A DNA stretch of 64,000 nucleotides from Phallusia mammillata. Taxonomy: Eukaryota. The notes below the pieces were generated by a model. The model made no database searches. It was not told where the DNA came from and saw nothing but the letters and a program-made list of their open reading frames with translations. The stretch covers positions 1,798,001 to 1,862,000 of the forward strand of contig OZ281501.1 in NCBI GenBank assembly GCA_965637545.1, read 5' to 3'. Within the stretch, counting starts at the first letter, position 1. Every line of letters starts with the position of its first letter. A program made the position numbers and the translations under genes. This document shows positions 51,432 to 64,000 of the stretch, piece after piece.

Positions 51432-52576
51432 ACCCACGATAAGTAAGAAATGAAGAACTGTAGCATCTTTGAATTCAGTTAACAGTGGCAGGACGAATCA
51501 GACAATAATGTAGCTATTGATTTTTCGACGTTATTTGATCAACTGACTCCAAGTATCGATCAAAATACCTAGAGTCAGGAAGCTAAATAACGTTTTGTTC
51601 CCAGTCAAGTTTGTTGATGGCGAAATGAGGCAGAAATTTAAAAAGTCCAGTTAAACAGACAAATTAACTCAGCCATTACATTGAATTAAACTATCCATCG
51701 CTGTATGTCGTAACCAATGATTTATTCTCGGTGCATCACGCCATGCGATTGAACTGGAGTAAATTTAAGTTGTTTGTGTGTTCTAAGGTGACTTTGTAAA
51801 TTACCTTCATGGTGTTTTTGAAAGAGTAAAGTAGGCACCTACTCAGTTGTTGTTGTGACAGAAAGTGATTGCGGGCAGAAAGGGTAGCCTTGATGTCTGA
51901 TGTGTATCTGTTTTGACTACTTTGTGTCACATAAATTGTGGGTTATCTTAAAATGAAATGTGATTTTGAATTTTGTTTTTGAACTGCTTGTTGTAGAACT
52001 TTTGCTGTTATACCACAACCTAATGGGAAATGTCTTGGACCACAAATAAGTCAGAAATGCGCTTCGTTTACCAAGAAAACTGCTCAGATTTGTATTTAGT
52101 TTCTCTATATATTAAAACAGATATGTTTCACACAAAAAGCAAAAGCTATTCAATTGTGTTGTTGTAGTAAAGACTACAGAAATACATTGAGGTGGAAAGT
52201 TTTTTCTTTAAAAATTATTCAGAATGAAACGCACTTAATTTCTAAGTTAAATTTCAGGGTCAGGGTATTGAAAAGACGTTTTGGCATCAGTGCAAATTGT
52301 GCAAAGTATTTTCGTTTGTTCTGAAAGTCGTGTATGCCGCATTGGTGCCGAGTTGTGCAAAAGGTAGCAAACTATACTTCAAACTGTTTTCTTCAACAAC
52401 AAGAGAAAACCCGTATTCGGGGAAATGCGGGAATGACTTGCAAAAAACGGTACGTGTCAAAAAACCAGGTAAATTTCCATTTTAAATTGCAGACGAAGCG
52501 ATCACCTAGTGCACTAAGCAGTTGGTTGGTTTCTGAATCGAAAACGGGACAAGCCGAGATAGAGAAAAGGGAAAAA

Positions 52577-55500
52577 ATGTCGGGGCCAGACAGCTTGCAT
52601 AAAAGGGATTCGAACGCACTAGCGAACCATACATACCGCGCTGAAGACGCCATCAGCTCGAGCAGTTCAGACAAATCTCCCTACAAACCTGAGAACATTG
52701 AACTACTTGATTCTGGTAGAATGGACCCGAGCACTGAAGACAGCATGGCGAATGGCAACGCCAATATCGACGTAAATAAAAACAAGCAGACGAAGACAGG
52801 TCGCGTACAGGAGTTCAAACAAGGCGCCGAATTTGCTGTCGACAAAACCAAGTCATGTTGCGGTAACTATTGGTCTGATGTGTGCTCGGTGGACAACCTG
52901 AAACGCAGACTTCCAATCATCAACTGGTTGCCAAAATACCGACCTTCTACGTTTAAGTGTGACGTCATCGCTGGTCTTACAGTCGGTCTAACTGTGATTC
53001 CGCAGGGGATGGCGTATGCTGACTTAGCTGGTTTGGAGCTACAGGTTAGTTCGCCTTGCTATTACGCATGACTGCATTAGCGTGCAATAATTTTGGCGGC
53101 AATTTAACTTGTCCCTATTGGGTTACGTTTACAATTGAGTAAGTGTTCGAGATTTTGCGTGGTCAAGCGGAATTATAATTTGCGTTTTGTTGTCGCTGTC
53201 AACATATTGAATTACGAGGCATGCTGCACGCGATTTTATTAAAACTATTGCGCTGTTATGTTTCGTTGATGTAAATAGCGAAATCTCAAAATTAAAACAA
53301 GATAATAACCGTCATTTTAAAGTAGAATGTTCAACAAAACTCTGCAAAAACATATTTTACAATAAGAGGAACGACGCTGGTCATTTTTAAAGGCGTTTTC
53401 CTATTTGTATTAATTTAATTTAACGCCGCAGTTCCTCTTTATTTAAGTTTTGTTTCCTAATAATTCCGTCGTTTTTCGCATATACGTGACCCCAGGTGAA
53501 CGATAAAGCCGGTAACGAGACTTTAAGTCTTTTTCTTTTTGACGAGTTTCGGCGACAAACATTTTTGTTACCGGTGGTTGCAAACTTTTACGAGCGGATT
53601 ACTTTAACAACTAAACACGTTTTAATTGATGTTTCAACTTGTTAAAAATTTTAACAATGTCATTTGCTACCGTTCATGCGCTTGCGACAACCTTAAGTTG
53701 GTTGGTCGGTTGCCAAAGACCTGTTGAAGTGTTCACATAATGCACCGCTGCACGCAGCGCTTCACAAAACGTTTGTACCAAACAAAGTATGCACCACGAA
53801 ATCAAGTCAGGAATAAGTAATTTTTCTTGTGCACCCTATGAATTTGACAACAAAATATCTTTCTTGAAAGTTACACGCAGTCTTCGGCAATTACAGTTCA
53901 AAGCTAACTATTTTGCTTCATGTTTTCGTGATATTTTATAATAAAGTTTTTTTTTTCAGTACGGACTCTACAGTGCTTTCATGGGCAGTTTCCTTTACGT
54001 GCTGCTTGGAACTTCGAAAGACATTACGATGGGTCCGACTGCTATAATGTCCATCTTGGTGGCCGAATATGCTCACGACCGATGGGGTCCAATGTTGCCT
54101 GGAGACGAACATACGGTAAGCCTATAAACTTTGAAACATAAAAAGTTGACGTGAAAAAGTTGTTTTTCACGATGATAAGTGACATGTTATGTTGCGTGAA
54201 AGGTAAAAACGATGCCAACATACAAACGTACACATCTAGTCTTCCTTTCGGCGTGTATTAGTTACCAATTATTTGCAACGTTGCATGATTCTTTAAGGAC
54301 AGATACACCTTTGGTGCTTTTATCACCTTCACCTTAAATGCATAATAGTCAATTGGAAAGTTTTGATAGAAAAGTGCTTTTTTAGCATATGTGAAACGGT
54401 ACTAAACTTTGTATAAAGTGATACTTTTATGTTCTGATATATTTTACGCAACTGCATAAAATACAGTTCAACGCAATCAAGACAATCATTACATTTTCGT
54501 ATTTCATCATAAGACATCTGTTTGTGGTATTCTAACCAGTTATAACAGACCATGCAGACACCTGGCATGTGAATCGTGTTAATTGACCGTTGTAATTAAT
54601 TACCACAGCTAATTAATTGAGTGACGGCAATCCGTTTTTTGGACCCATGATACTCAGGTCACCTTGTGATGGCCATCAAAATGCATCGCGTCATTGTTTT
54701 GTGTTTTATAATATCTTTATTGACTTGCGAAACAAACCTAGGGAAAATATGATTATTTTTTCCTAAAGTGTAATTTTTTTTATTAGAATAATCATGTACC
54801 GAAGCCCTTTTAGAATGATATATAAGCGATAATATTAAAACTGATACAAGTTTTATTTAGCGGTGTAAAAAATTTAAGGGAGGTTAATGACGGCTTAATT
54901 GAACGTATTTATTACCCGACGTTAACAATAAGCGGCAATTGAAACCGAAACCGATTTGCAAAGATGATTCTTCAACTTTGCATTTCTCTAACGCTGAGTT
55001 CCAGTTCCTCATTTGACGTCAGCTTTGGCGTCACAAAGACACCTGTATAAATGAGCAGCAAAATAGCATTTTTGCACATCAACACTAAGCTACTGAACAG
55101 ACAAATAAAAGAAGCAAAAAACGTTATAAGTTGTTATTGATTCGGATTTCCCAAAATCGTTTTCTTCTAAACTTTTTGCAATCTTTCGGTATGTTGATTG
55201 ATGTAAGGTTTCCGAATTCCTTTGGTTTTGGGGCAAAGGTGAGCATCTGGTGACGCGGATGCAAACGATCTTGAAGCGCAAACTCGTTTGAACAACAGAA
55301 CATGAAATGAGTGTAATGTTTCCATACCTCAACCTTTGCGTAACATGTTGTCTACCGAGTTTCAGTTCTCCCGATCGATGTCTGCCCCCATTTACTTGTT
55401 TGCGGGAAGTTTTGAGACGACAAACCCTGATAAAGTTCGTCAACAACTGTCACCCGCCGCAAACAACACATGGCCATAGTCCACTTTAACTTAGATTAGT

Positions 55501-58500
55501 TGTTAAATGCAAATAATCTAATTAGAGTTCACCGATAAGATTCGAAGAACACATTCAAATGTCAATGTCAACGTTGTTTGATCAGATACACTTTACTCAG
55601 CTGGCTTAAGTTATAAATACCCAAACACAAGTTCATAACATGGATTTGAAATGTTGTTTATTAACAACATAACTTCCAGATGTAGTAAAAGATTAATCGC
55701 AAAGTTTTTCCCGCCTAAAATTGTTTTCAAAACAACGTAATATTAGCAAGTCGATTTTAAAAGTTTATTAACCTCAGTTTGAAAATATCTACATTAATAT
55801 TTAGTACTTTTGGATAACATCGTATTTAATCGTGTCATCGGGAAATAGAACGCTATTGCTTATGTCATGCAAAATATATTTAATTCACACGTCCTCTAAC
55901 AGCGAATGATATTTGTTTGATATATATATAGCAAACATATTTAAGGGTACATTATGCAGTGAAATATATTCTATCACATGATTGAGTTCACTCATACTTA
56001 ACGCAGAGTCACGTAGTGTATGCATAATTAGTACGGATTAATGAATATACACATACTTAAAATAATCGTGTATGAGGCGGCCTTTAAAAAGCGGGTGCAA
56101 TAGCGTAGTATACCAGAAAAGAAAATCAACACGAACGGTCTTTAACTGACGCCAACCCCAAAGCGTAAATGCGTAAATGTCATAGTGAAGGCAAATCCAA
56201 CCAAGTTACATAAACTCTTCTCATTTTTTCAACAAACATTGAAACTACGCTCCTTTTAAGCTTACAATTACTCCAAGGCATGTCAAATCTACAAATATTT
56301 ACCCCCGTCTTAAAGCAACATTTTGTTCACAGACAAATGTGACATTGGCGATATTACTGACCCTGCTGAGCGGCGTCATCCAACTACTTATGGCAGTGTT
56401 CAAACTTGGATTTCTTGTGCGTTATATCTCGCATCCAGTAATAGTCGGGTTTACGTCAGCCGCCTCCGTTGTGATATCGATGACACAGATCAAGGTAAGA
56501 CAGTTTTTAAGACTATACTTGATGAATAAACAATAAAGATTATGCAACTTTAAGCAATAGTGTAAAACTTTTAACAAAAAAAATCAGAGTCAGTATGTGT
56601 GTATATAACATGACGACGTTTCGACAAGTGCTAAAGTCATCATCAGGTCACCAGAATTAAAAGCAACAGAACCATACAACTAGGTGCCGCAACCTAGTCA
56701 CGTTTTACACACAAATACTGGCTCTGATTTTTTTTGGTCAGGTTATTCAAAACCGGGAATGCCATAGTCTACCTTATTAAAACTTTTAATTTTATCGTCT
56801 TCCTAGTGTCTTCCCACAAACAAGCACTGTCAGAAAAATATTTAATTACAGTATAAGTGATATGTATCACTGTAGTTTAGAACTGATCAGATTTCAACTT
56901 TTTGCTCAGAAAATCTTTGGGATTTCAACTCCTAGAGGATTTTTCGAAACGATTTATCACTTCTTTCGTGACATTGCCCTCACAAAGTACGTACCTGCAA
57001 AAAACTTTGGACAAATTTGTACTAATCCTATGCAGCCAATTTGTTTCAGCACATTATAGTCCGTTTTGACAATCATTTTTGCTGATAATTTTCTTATACG
57101 TTATTTCCTTTTTTCATCATGCGTCTTAAAACTGGAACCTTTGTCCTATTAATAAACCGGCATAGCCACACACATAAGATACACAAAACATATTTCATAT
57201 ATCGTGGCTCAGCATGGCATTTTCAATAATACTTTGTTTGTTATTTTGTAATTAGTTGACCAACTTTATTTTTGATTTAAATACCGCAATTTTTTTCTTT
57301 AGACACTGGGATCTGATTCTTGGTCTGTCGAGCATGGTGATACTCTATCTGCTCAAATACTCGAAGAACCGATGGTCAGAATCACGACAAGGCGACAAGA
57401 CTGCGATCAAGGTTCTCAGGAAAATTCTCTGGGTGTTTGGCACCGGTGAGTAATTATGTCCATGCGGTGGCGCAAGTGAGTTACGAAATAGTTCAACATA
57501 AAAACTCTTGCCCAAATAGCTCACGGCGTTAGACATAGACTAAGAAACCAGATTCGTACGTTTGGGCTGGAACCCCGTATAAAAGCATGCTTGCCAAACG
57601 TTTGAAACTCAATGATATGAACTGTTTTTGTTACAGCTTTCACTTTGAACCACATAGTGTTAACTATATAGAGCTCATCTGGCAAATGTATTTTTGTTCA
57701 TCAGGGTAAATTAAGGCGACCTGTATTGGACGTCGAAACGTCGGTACAAAAATACAATTGCCAGAATAGCTCCATGTATGCAAGATAGCAGCAACAGCTA
57801 TTATACAAATAATATTTAATTGCTCTGTAATATGTATACCACGATACAGGCTGTACGAATTACTAATGTTGTTTGTTAAGGTCGCAACGCAGTTATTGTA
57901 ATCGTTTCCGCCGCGATTGCTTACGGAATAACCGACTTGGAAGGACCAGTAAACGCGCGACCCCTCACCCTAACGCAGAACATCACTGGAGGCGTGCCAG
58001 GATTTGCAGTTCCTGCTTTCTCGTACGATGTACCAAACACAAATCAAACAATCTACTTTCCCGAGCTTATTTCGTCGCTAGGTAGCGCTCTTGCCATCAT
58101 ACCGCTGATGGGATTTCTTGAGGCCATCGCCATTGCTAAAGCTTTTGGTAAGTCGTAGACGTTTGCATCTCCTGATTTGTTTTTTTTTGCTGAATGGTCA
58201 AGAATTGTAAATCGGATTCGTCTTTTCGGTTCAGGCTGATTTTTTTTTCGTTTAACTTTTTACATCGCTAATTTTATACGGGTCGAATTGCAGGCGTGTA
58301 AACATGCTCAGATCCTAAATTCGGGTACAAATACAACTTTCACATGGTGGGCTATAAATGGTACGATAATGTACATGTCCCACATTTTCCTAATCATAAA
58401 CTGAAATGTTGTAGGTCGCAAAAACAATTACAAGGTCGACCCGACACAAGAACTTTTCGCCATCGGCACAAGCAACCTGATTTCCTCATTTGTTGGCTCC

Positions 58501-60479
58501 TATCCAATCACTGGAAGCTTTGGCAGGTATGCTCATTACTCTGACACAAAATAGCATTTATTACTGTTCAGGACTGATGATGCCATATTTTGTGGGGCAA
58601 AATCGATATGTGGTTTGTGATAAGAAATACTCAAACTGATTTGAGTATGATGTAATAGTCAGTTAAGATACGAAAATAGTATTAAAAAATCAAATTCTGA
58701 AGCCAATACCCTTTAACTACTTCTATAGGTCAGCCGTCAACGCTCAAAGCAACGTTATGACGCCTATGGGTGGGATCTTTACTGGAGCAGTGGTTTTGCT
58801 TTCTCTCGAATTCCTTTCCAGTGCCTTTCAATACATTCCCGAGGCGGCCCTGGGAGCTGTTATTATTATGGCAGTCATCAACTTATTCGATTGGAATGGC
58901 ATGAAACACATATGGCATGTCAGCAGTAAGTATAAACTTTCTTTGGGCATTTTTTCGGTGGAAAAGTAGCAGGCCACAAACAAAGAATGTCCATTGTTTA
59001 ACAAGGAGTTTGCCCATATGACGAAAAACAGAATAATAAGCGGCCCGAATCTGAAATACAAGCCAAAAGGCAGTCCCGAACATGTTTTTTTACAAAGCCT
59101 GCATCAGGCCTGAATGTGAAATAGTAGTGCAAATAAGACCGAATGAAATCAAGCCCGATTTATTCAAATTAAAACCTGAACCAGTCCCGATCAACAACTC
59201 TGCCACAATAAACTTTCAGTGGTTTTAAACCCCACCACCCAGAGCAGATAATAAGACAATATTGAACAATTTTGCTTCTTAAATCTAAATAAATGTCAAA
59301 TTGTGTTTTGTTGAAACAGAAATGGACATGATCCCACTGATTGTTACGTTTTTCCTTTGTTTCTGGGATATCGCATACGGCATTATAGCAGGGATAGGAA
59401 TTTCGATTTTGATTCTGCTTGCCAACCATGCACGGTAAGACAAATAAAATCCAATGCAGACACGATATGTCTGTTAAACTTATCAAATTTAAGCCTAATG
59501 AAATGCTAAATATGGAAGAATTTTATTAAAATAGAATGAACCTACTAAAGGCCTTACATAATATTTACGTTACATAAAAAGATAAAGGTCAAGTGTGAAG
59601 CCAAGCCCAAATCAAACCCGTTTTATCAAAACATTATTCCAAACCGGACTTACAACGCAGTGATTGCTAATCTGGGTCGTATTGAAGTATTTGTTGTTAC
59701 TTTACAGACCCCAAGCCAAAATAACTCGTAGCGACAGCTCTGTGTTGTTTGTTATAAAACGTGGACTCGACTTTCCCGGGGCTGAGTACATCGAGGAAAA
59801 ACTAGTGGATCAAATTGACGAAGGTCAGTATCAATAAATTGCGACAAAAACTTTACATCAGGCTTTCTTGTGTTTCAAACATATGTTTTGCCACAGATAC
59901 ACCTGAAATGTCGGGTTTTAGATTTTTTAAGTTTGATTCTTTTTGTATTTGGTTCCATGTACTTTTCTGTAGATAAACTTTTGGATGTGATTGTGGACTG
60001 TTCGAATCTCACTGAATTGGATTATAGCGGTGCAGAAGCCTTCCTGCACGGAGCCGATGCGTTCAGAAAACATGACATCATCTTGAAATTATGTGGATTA
60101 CGAGTAAGCGATGACTAACTTCTTTTATGCATCATTTGACAAAACATGAAGTTTTGCACTAAACGAAAACTAAACGTTGGGCCTCAATTAAATAGTATGA
60201 CTTCAGTCTTGAAAGGAAGTGCCAACCTGCGGTCTGCATATATGTGTTAAATTGTCTGCATTGTCGACTATGATCTCAAAAAGGTTGTGTAGCTATCCCT
60301 GTTTTAGGATTGACGCAAAGTTTTTCCAAAACAAGTATCGGGATTTTGCATTTCATTTGCAGCGCGGACACAAGGCCATGTTAAAACGACTCAATATCCA
60401 CAAAATCGGCGTCAAGTTTTACAACTCAGTCGAGGAAGCGAAAAACGAAAGCACTGTTCTGCCCGAGCAGGCGGTTTGA
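52577..60479 (+). CDS. SLC26A11: SLC26A11-like sodium-independent sulfate/anion transporter, about 686 aa, 12 exons
   Basis: Exons 52577-53044, 53960-54115, 56333-56494, 56910-56986, 57303-57445, 57881-58147, 58415-58526, 58729-58925, 59320-59434, 59708-59823, 59973-60103, 60363-60479; all GT-AG with consistent phases. Motifs RLPIINWLPKY, DVIAGLTVGLTVIPQGMAYA, YGLYSAFMG, GPTAIMS, LEAIAIAKAF, TGSFGRSAVN, and STAS VIVDCSNLTELDYSG. The start may extend 5' (open frame to 52334; acceptor at 52492). Confidence 0.93.
56611..56650 (-). ncRNA. Minimal type I hammerhead ribozyme, intact core
   Basis: TGAC CTGATGA T GAC tttagcactt GTC GAAA CG TC GTCA: stem I TGAC/GTCA, stem II GAC/GTC, palindromic ACGT in place of stem III, GUC cleavage triplet. 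It lies inside an inverted repeat at 56576-56735 in SLC26A11 intron 3. Confidence 0.8.
57671..57772. mobile_element. Rearranged head-to-head pair of hammerhead-bearing pLTR fragments (same family as 6451-6660)
   Basis: Inverted arms gagctcatctggcaaatgtatttttgt / acaaaaatacaattgccagaatagctc. CTGATGA is on the minus strand (57698-57704); stem II plus GAAACGTCGGT is on the plus strand (57714-57745). Confidence 0.6.
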
Positions 60480-62783
60480 ATACCACGTGACCGCGATGTG
60501 CACGAGGGCGCCACACACCGGATAGTATTATGCAAATCGTGCCTTCTATTACTTTTTCGTTGCCTACTTTTTTGGCATTCCAACAAACGCTTTTATTCTT
60601 TCAAGTGTTGTTTTACGTATTTCGTTTTATTCGAACTGATTCAAGTCATTTTTACTTTAAAGTGTATGCAGGGAGAATACTCTGCATACACTTTAAATAT
60701 TTGAATACAAAAAATAGGGCTTCCTTAACAAGCACAAAGAGCTGTAAATGGGTAAATGCAGCATTGCTGCAATTATATTTTTACGCGTATTTTCACCTAT
60801 CTGCAATTTTGTTATTCCTAATTCATCTCGTAGCAGAGATGCTTAGTAACTGGTGTTGTGACAAGCAAGCCATACGTTTGCGTTTAGAAAATTGTTATGT
60901 GTGCGTATTTTCTTCAAGTGACATCCAGAATGATCAAAGGTGTAGAACAATGTTTAGTGAGAACTCGCATAGCTGGTTGCAAAGTGGGCCTGTCACAAAC
61001 ATCCTATCATGATGTGCATTTTTGTGTGTCTTCTTCATTTTCTTATATTGCACTGACTAATGGCGAGTCATCATTTAGCTTATGTCTAACCATTATATTC
61101 CTCCGTGAGGTGTCGCGCTTGAGCAGCTTGCGAATCGTCCACGTTGTGGTGAAAATCGGCATTTATAGCTGGGTGGCCAATTGAAGAGTGTAGAAAATGT
61201 CTTATGCACCACTCGACCAAAGTCACCGTATTTATATACATAAGTATATCACCATTCCAACTATGTGATTATTTGGACATAAACAATGTGAACATTGCAT
61301 GTGTGGTAATTTTTGTTGCAATTGCGCTCGAGGGATGCAATGACATAATGAAATATTTATTTGTACACAATTTTACACTTAAGTGCGTCGACTATACAAT
61401 GGTGACTTTTACTTTTGCTTTTGTCGGTTTGGGACATTATGCAAACACTGATATTCAGTGAAATTTTGCACAGTATAAGCTATAAGCCTCTTGTAGTATG
61501 CCTTACTGCCAAGTGCACTTTTGTAAATAGCCTGGGTTTTATTCGCCAATCTACCACCCTAACTGCTGCTTAAACCACATGTCTTGTCATCTAAAGAACT
61601 GGAATTGGTCAAAGTTGCTTCACGGCATTACTTTTTGATTAAGCTTTAAACTCCTGTGCCAAATAAAATTACTAGTATTTCCAACAAACTAATATGCATA
61701 AGAATATAACTTATGTCCACACAAAGTAGGAAAATTTGTTTTTATTTTCTATTGGCTTAGATTGTTTTCCTGATTCTGCAGACTTTTTGGACGACTCTTG
61801 CATTTGTCAGTGAACTTTTGTTGGCTGAACGTTTTTTTGTGCGCTGTTGCAAAAGCCGTTCATACCTTTCGACAGATAAGAAACAAATACAACTGTTCGC
61901 AATACTTTACGTTTGTAAATTTCATGTCACATGCATTGTTGTTTCCATCGAAAGTTAGTTGAGCGTTGTGTTTTCCACTGCAGTTTGCTACATCTTTACA
62001 ATACTAAGAGGTTTATGCAACAAACGGTAAGAAAAGTTTAGACTAAGAAGGGCTTTCTAATTAGTCAGAGTAGAGTCCGAAACGCTTACTTGGTAATTAC
62101 AGCAATGATGTAATTACGAAACCACAGCACATTTAGGTCTGCCACTCGGTGTCACCCAAGAGCAATATTCTGTCGCCTCTCTTTCTGATAGATGTAATCC
62201 ATTGCCAAAAGGCCGAATGATCTTTGAACTATATAATTACATCTATCACACGTGTAGTAAGTCTTTCTTTGTAAATCTGAAATTCACCAAAGTACAGAAC
62301 AATTTGAATTGCTTCAAATTGTGACAAAACGAACTCCAGAAACAATATACAACGCAAACAGAGACATATAACCCATAACTTGACCTTCTGTGAGTAAGGC
62401 TACGCCCTGCCAAATATTGACCAAATGTCTGCGCCCGCAAACCGATTGACGGTCGCTTATTGAATTTTCACCCACTCAATGGTAAATGTTTGAGGAATCT
62501 AAAAATAACCCTGAAAATAACGTTATTGACGATAAATTATACTGAAATAGGGGAGGCGATGTCTCCGATGCGTTTTGACAAACGGTAGCTCCTGGCAGGA
62601 GCTGCAGGAAAACGTGTCCTGCAGAAATCACACACTGACCACAAAACAAACTAGTAATTCGGTCACTTTAATTCTACACGTATTTACATTGCACTTTTGA
62701 CAAAATTAAACAAAGGTCAAAGAACTTACTGTCCTGGTAGCAAGCTCTGAACAGCACTTGGCATTCAGTTTATTCTGTGAACC

Positions 62784-63835
62784 ACATTTGTGCAAAAGAC
62801 TGTTGCTTACGAAGTCCCGGGGTCACGTAAAAGGCCGAGCGAGACCACCAACATAGTTGCTTCCAATAGCAACAGCATCTGCAACTCAGCGGAAGGAATG
62901 TATAATAATGTTATGGAAGCAAACACAACCTCAATCGTTCTACTTTTTACCTGCTTGAACACCTACTGAATATTTCCCTGCAACTAGAAAAGAATTGGTT
63001 CAAACTTAATGTAGTTATCAATTGATAGTCAAGTTTAATACAGTGGCAAAAGGTTTTGGGAACATAATGATTATACACAAGGAAGGGTTGTTGGTTTACA
63101 TATTGGCGGTTGTAGCAAACAGCCTATAAAAGCAAAAACAAATCAAAAAAACGTGACACAAATGTCTAACTTGGACTTAAAACAAAATGAAAATCCCTGT
63201 ACATATTTCAGTAAGATTTTTGAGAATCCTGGCTCGATATTTTTTGTGCAAGTTTTTTTGTAACATTTTTTTTTCGAGAATCGTTGTTTAATCTTTAAAC
63301 AACAAGAAAAGGGTAAGATTATTTTAGGCGGTTAGTTTCCGACATGTTGGGCGTGGAAAGAGCACAATAATATTGTTTTGGATGAGCGTTTAATTTGGTC
63401 AGCACAAGCAAACAAAAAAGATCAACATCCCCACCTAACTTAACCTCTAAAGTTAACTAAACTTGGAAACAAGCTTAATGTGCAAAATCCACGATTTTAA
63501 ACTGTTGTAAACAACCCGCCATAATGTCATAATAATGTTAACTTACGCTGACAACTTCAACAGGTAGCAAATCCAGCCTGTCAAAATCAAAGCCTTTACT
63601 AACACTTAATTATTAGGGCGAACACAACTTAAGTTCTTTGCTACAGGCAATATTAAACTTTGTGGCAAGTCTTAATCTAATCTGCGAAAAGATTGATGCC
63701 TAACGTTTACAGCACAAATTTACAACTTTCAAGTGGTTTATGGTAGCACCCAACTGTACATCGCAGAGATAATCCAGGACTTACTCTCTAATATCCAAGT
63801 ACTTTTCTGCGTCTTCTGAAACTTTAATATCTGCT
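62784..63835 (-). other. Candidate chain of micro-exons of an unidentified minus-strand gene
   Basis: AG..GT-bounded segments at 63835-63785 (ADIKVSEDAEKYLDIRE), 63577-63547 (LDLLPVEVVS), 63123-63100, about 62980-62953 and 62851-62784. The first two join in phase; the later frames are ambiguous. Confidence 0.3.
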
Positions 63836-64000
63836 CTATATGATCAACTTGATACAGTAAACCAGTATCAGCTGTTTTCCTTCCCGCCACTTTTTAGCAG
63901 TAAACAAAGAATGACTGTGACGTAATAGTACGATAGTAGCCATATTTTAAAGCACGGAGAGGTTTAAACAAAGAGCTATGGTGGAAGATGAATAAACCTG

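Noticed and set aside
58573-58606. CTGATGA T GCC...GGC AAAA hammerhead-like motif
   Set aside because: G12 is missing and there is no stem I pairing; at best a remnant.
60530-61461. Hydrophobic ORFs downstream of SLC26A11
   Set aside because: T-rich 3' UTR sequence, with no splice chain or motif.
62043-62085. CTAAGA AGGGC...GTCC GAAACG hammerhead-like motif
   Set aside because: The core lacks G5 and there is no adjacent stem I.
1-64000. CRISPR arrays, rRNA, prokaryotic operons
   Set aside because: None seen. The window is spliced eukaryotic DNA with no regularly spaced direct-repeat arrays.

Overview
AT-rich, intron-containing eukaryotic DNA, most likely from an invertebrate chordate such as an ascidian (inferred from short GT-AG introns and gene content). 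Five genes could be assembled exon by exon with consistent intron phases. (1) At 0.6-9.0 kb on the minus strand is a tandem cluster encoding a secreted signal peptide-LU/Ly6-like-CCP/sushi-VWA protein: one intact 9-exon gene, one full-length pseudogene and two partial remnants. (2) A Ctr/SLC31 copper-transporter-like gene. (3) A small single-pass membrane protein with a GC-AG intron. (4) A FAM78-family gene whose reading frame extends at least 620 codons upstream of the canonical MGC start. (5) A 12-exon SLC26A11-like anion transporter. About 30 kb between FAM78 and SLC26A11 has no recognisable coding sequence but holds hAT-type MITEs with 8-bp TSDs and dense TF-motif clusters. Several minimal type I hammerhead ribozyme motifs of the Penelope-like-element type are present, including one intact copy antisense in an SLC26A11 intron. 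All calls were made by eye, without database searches.
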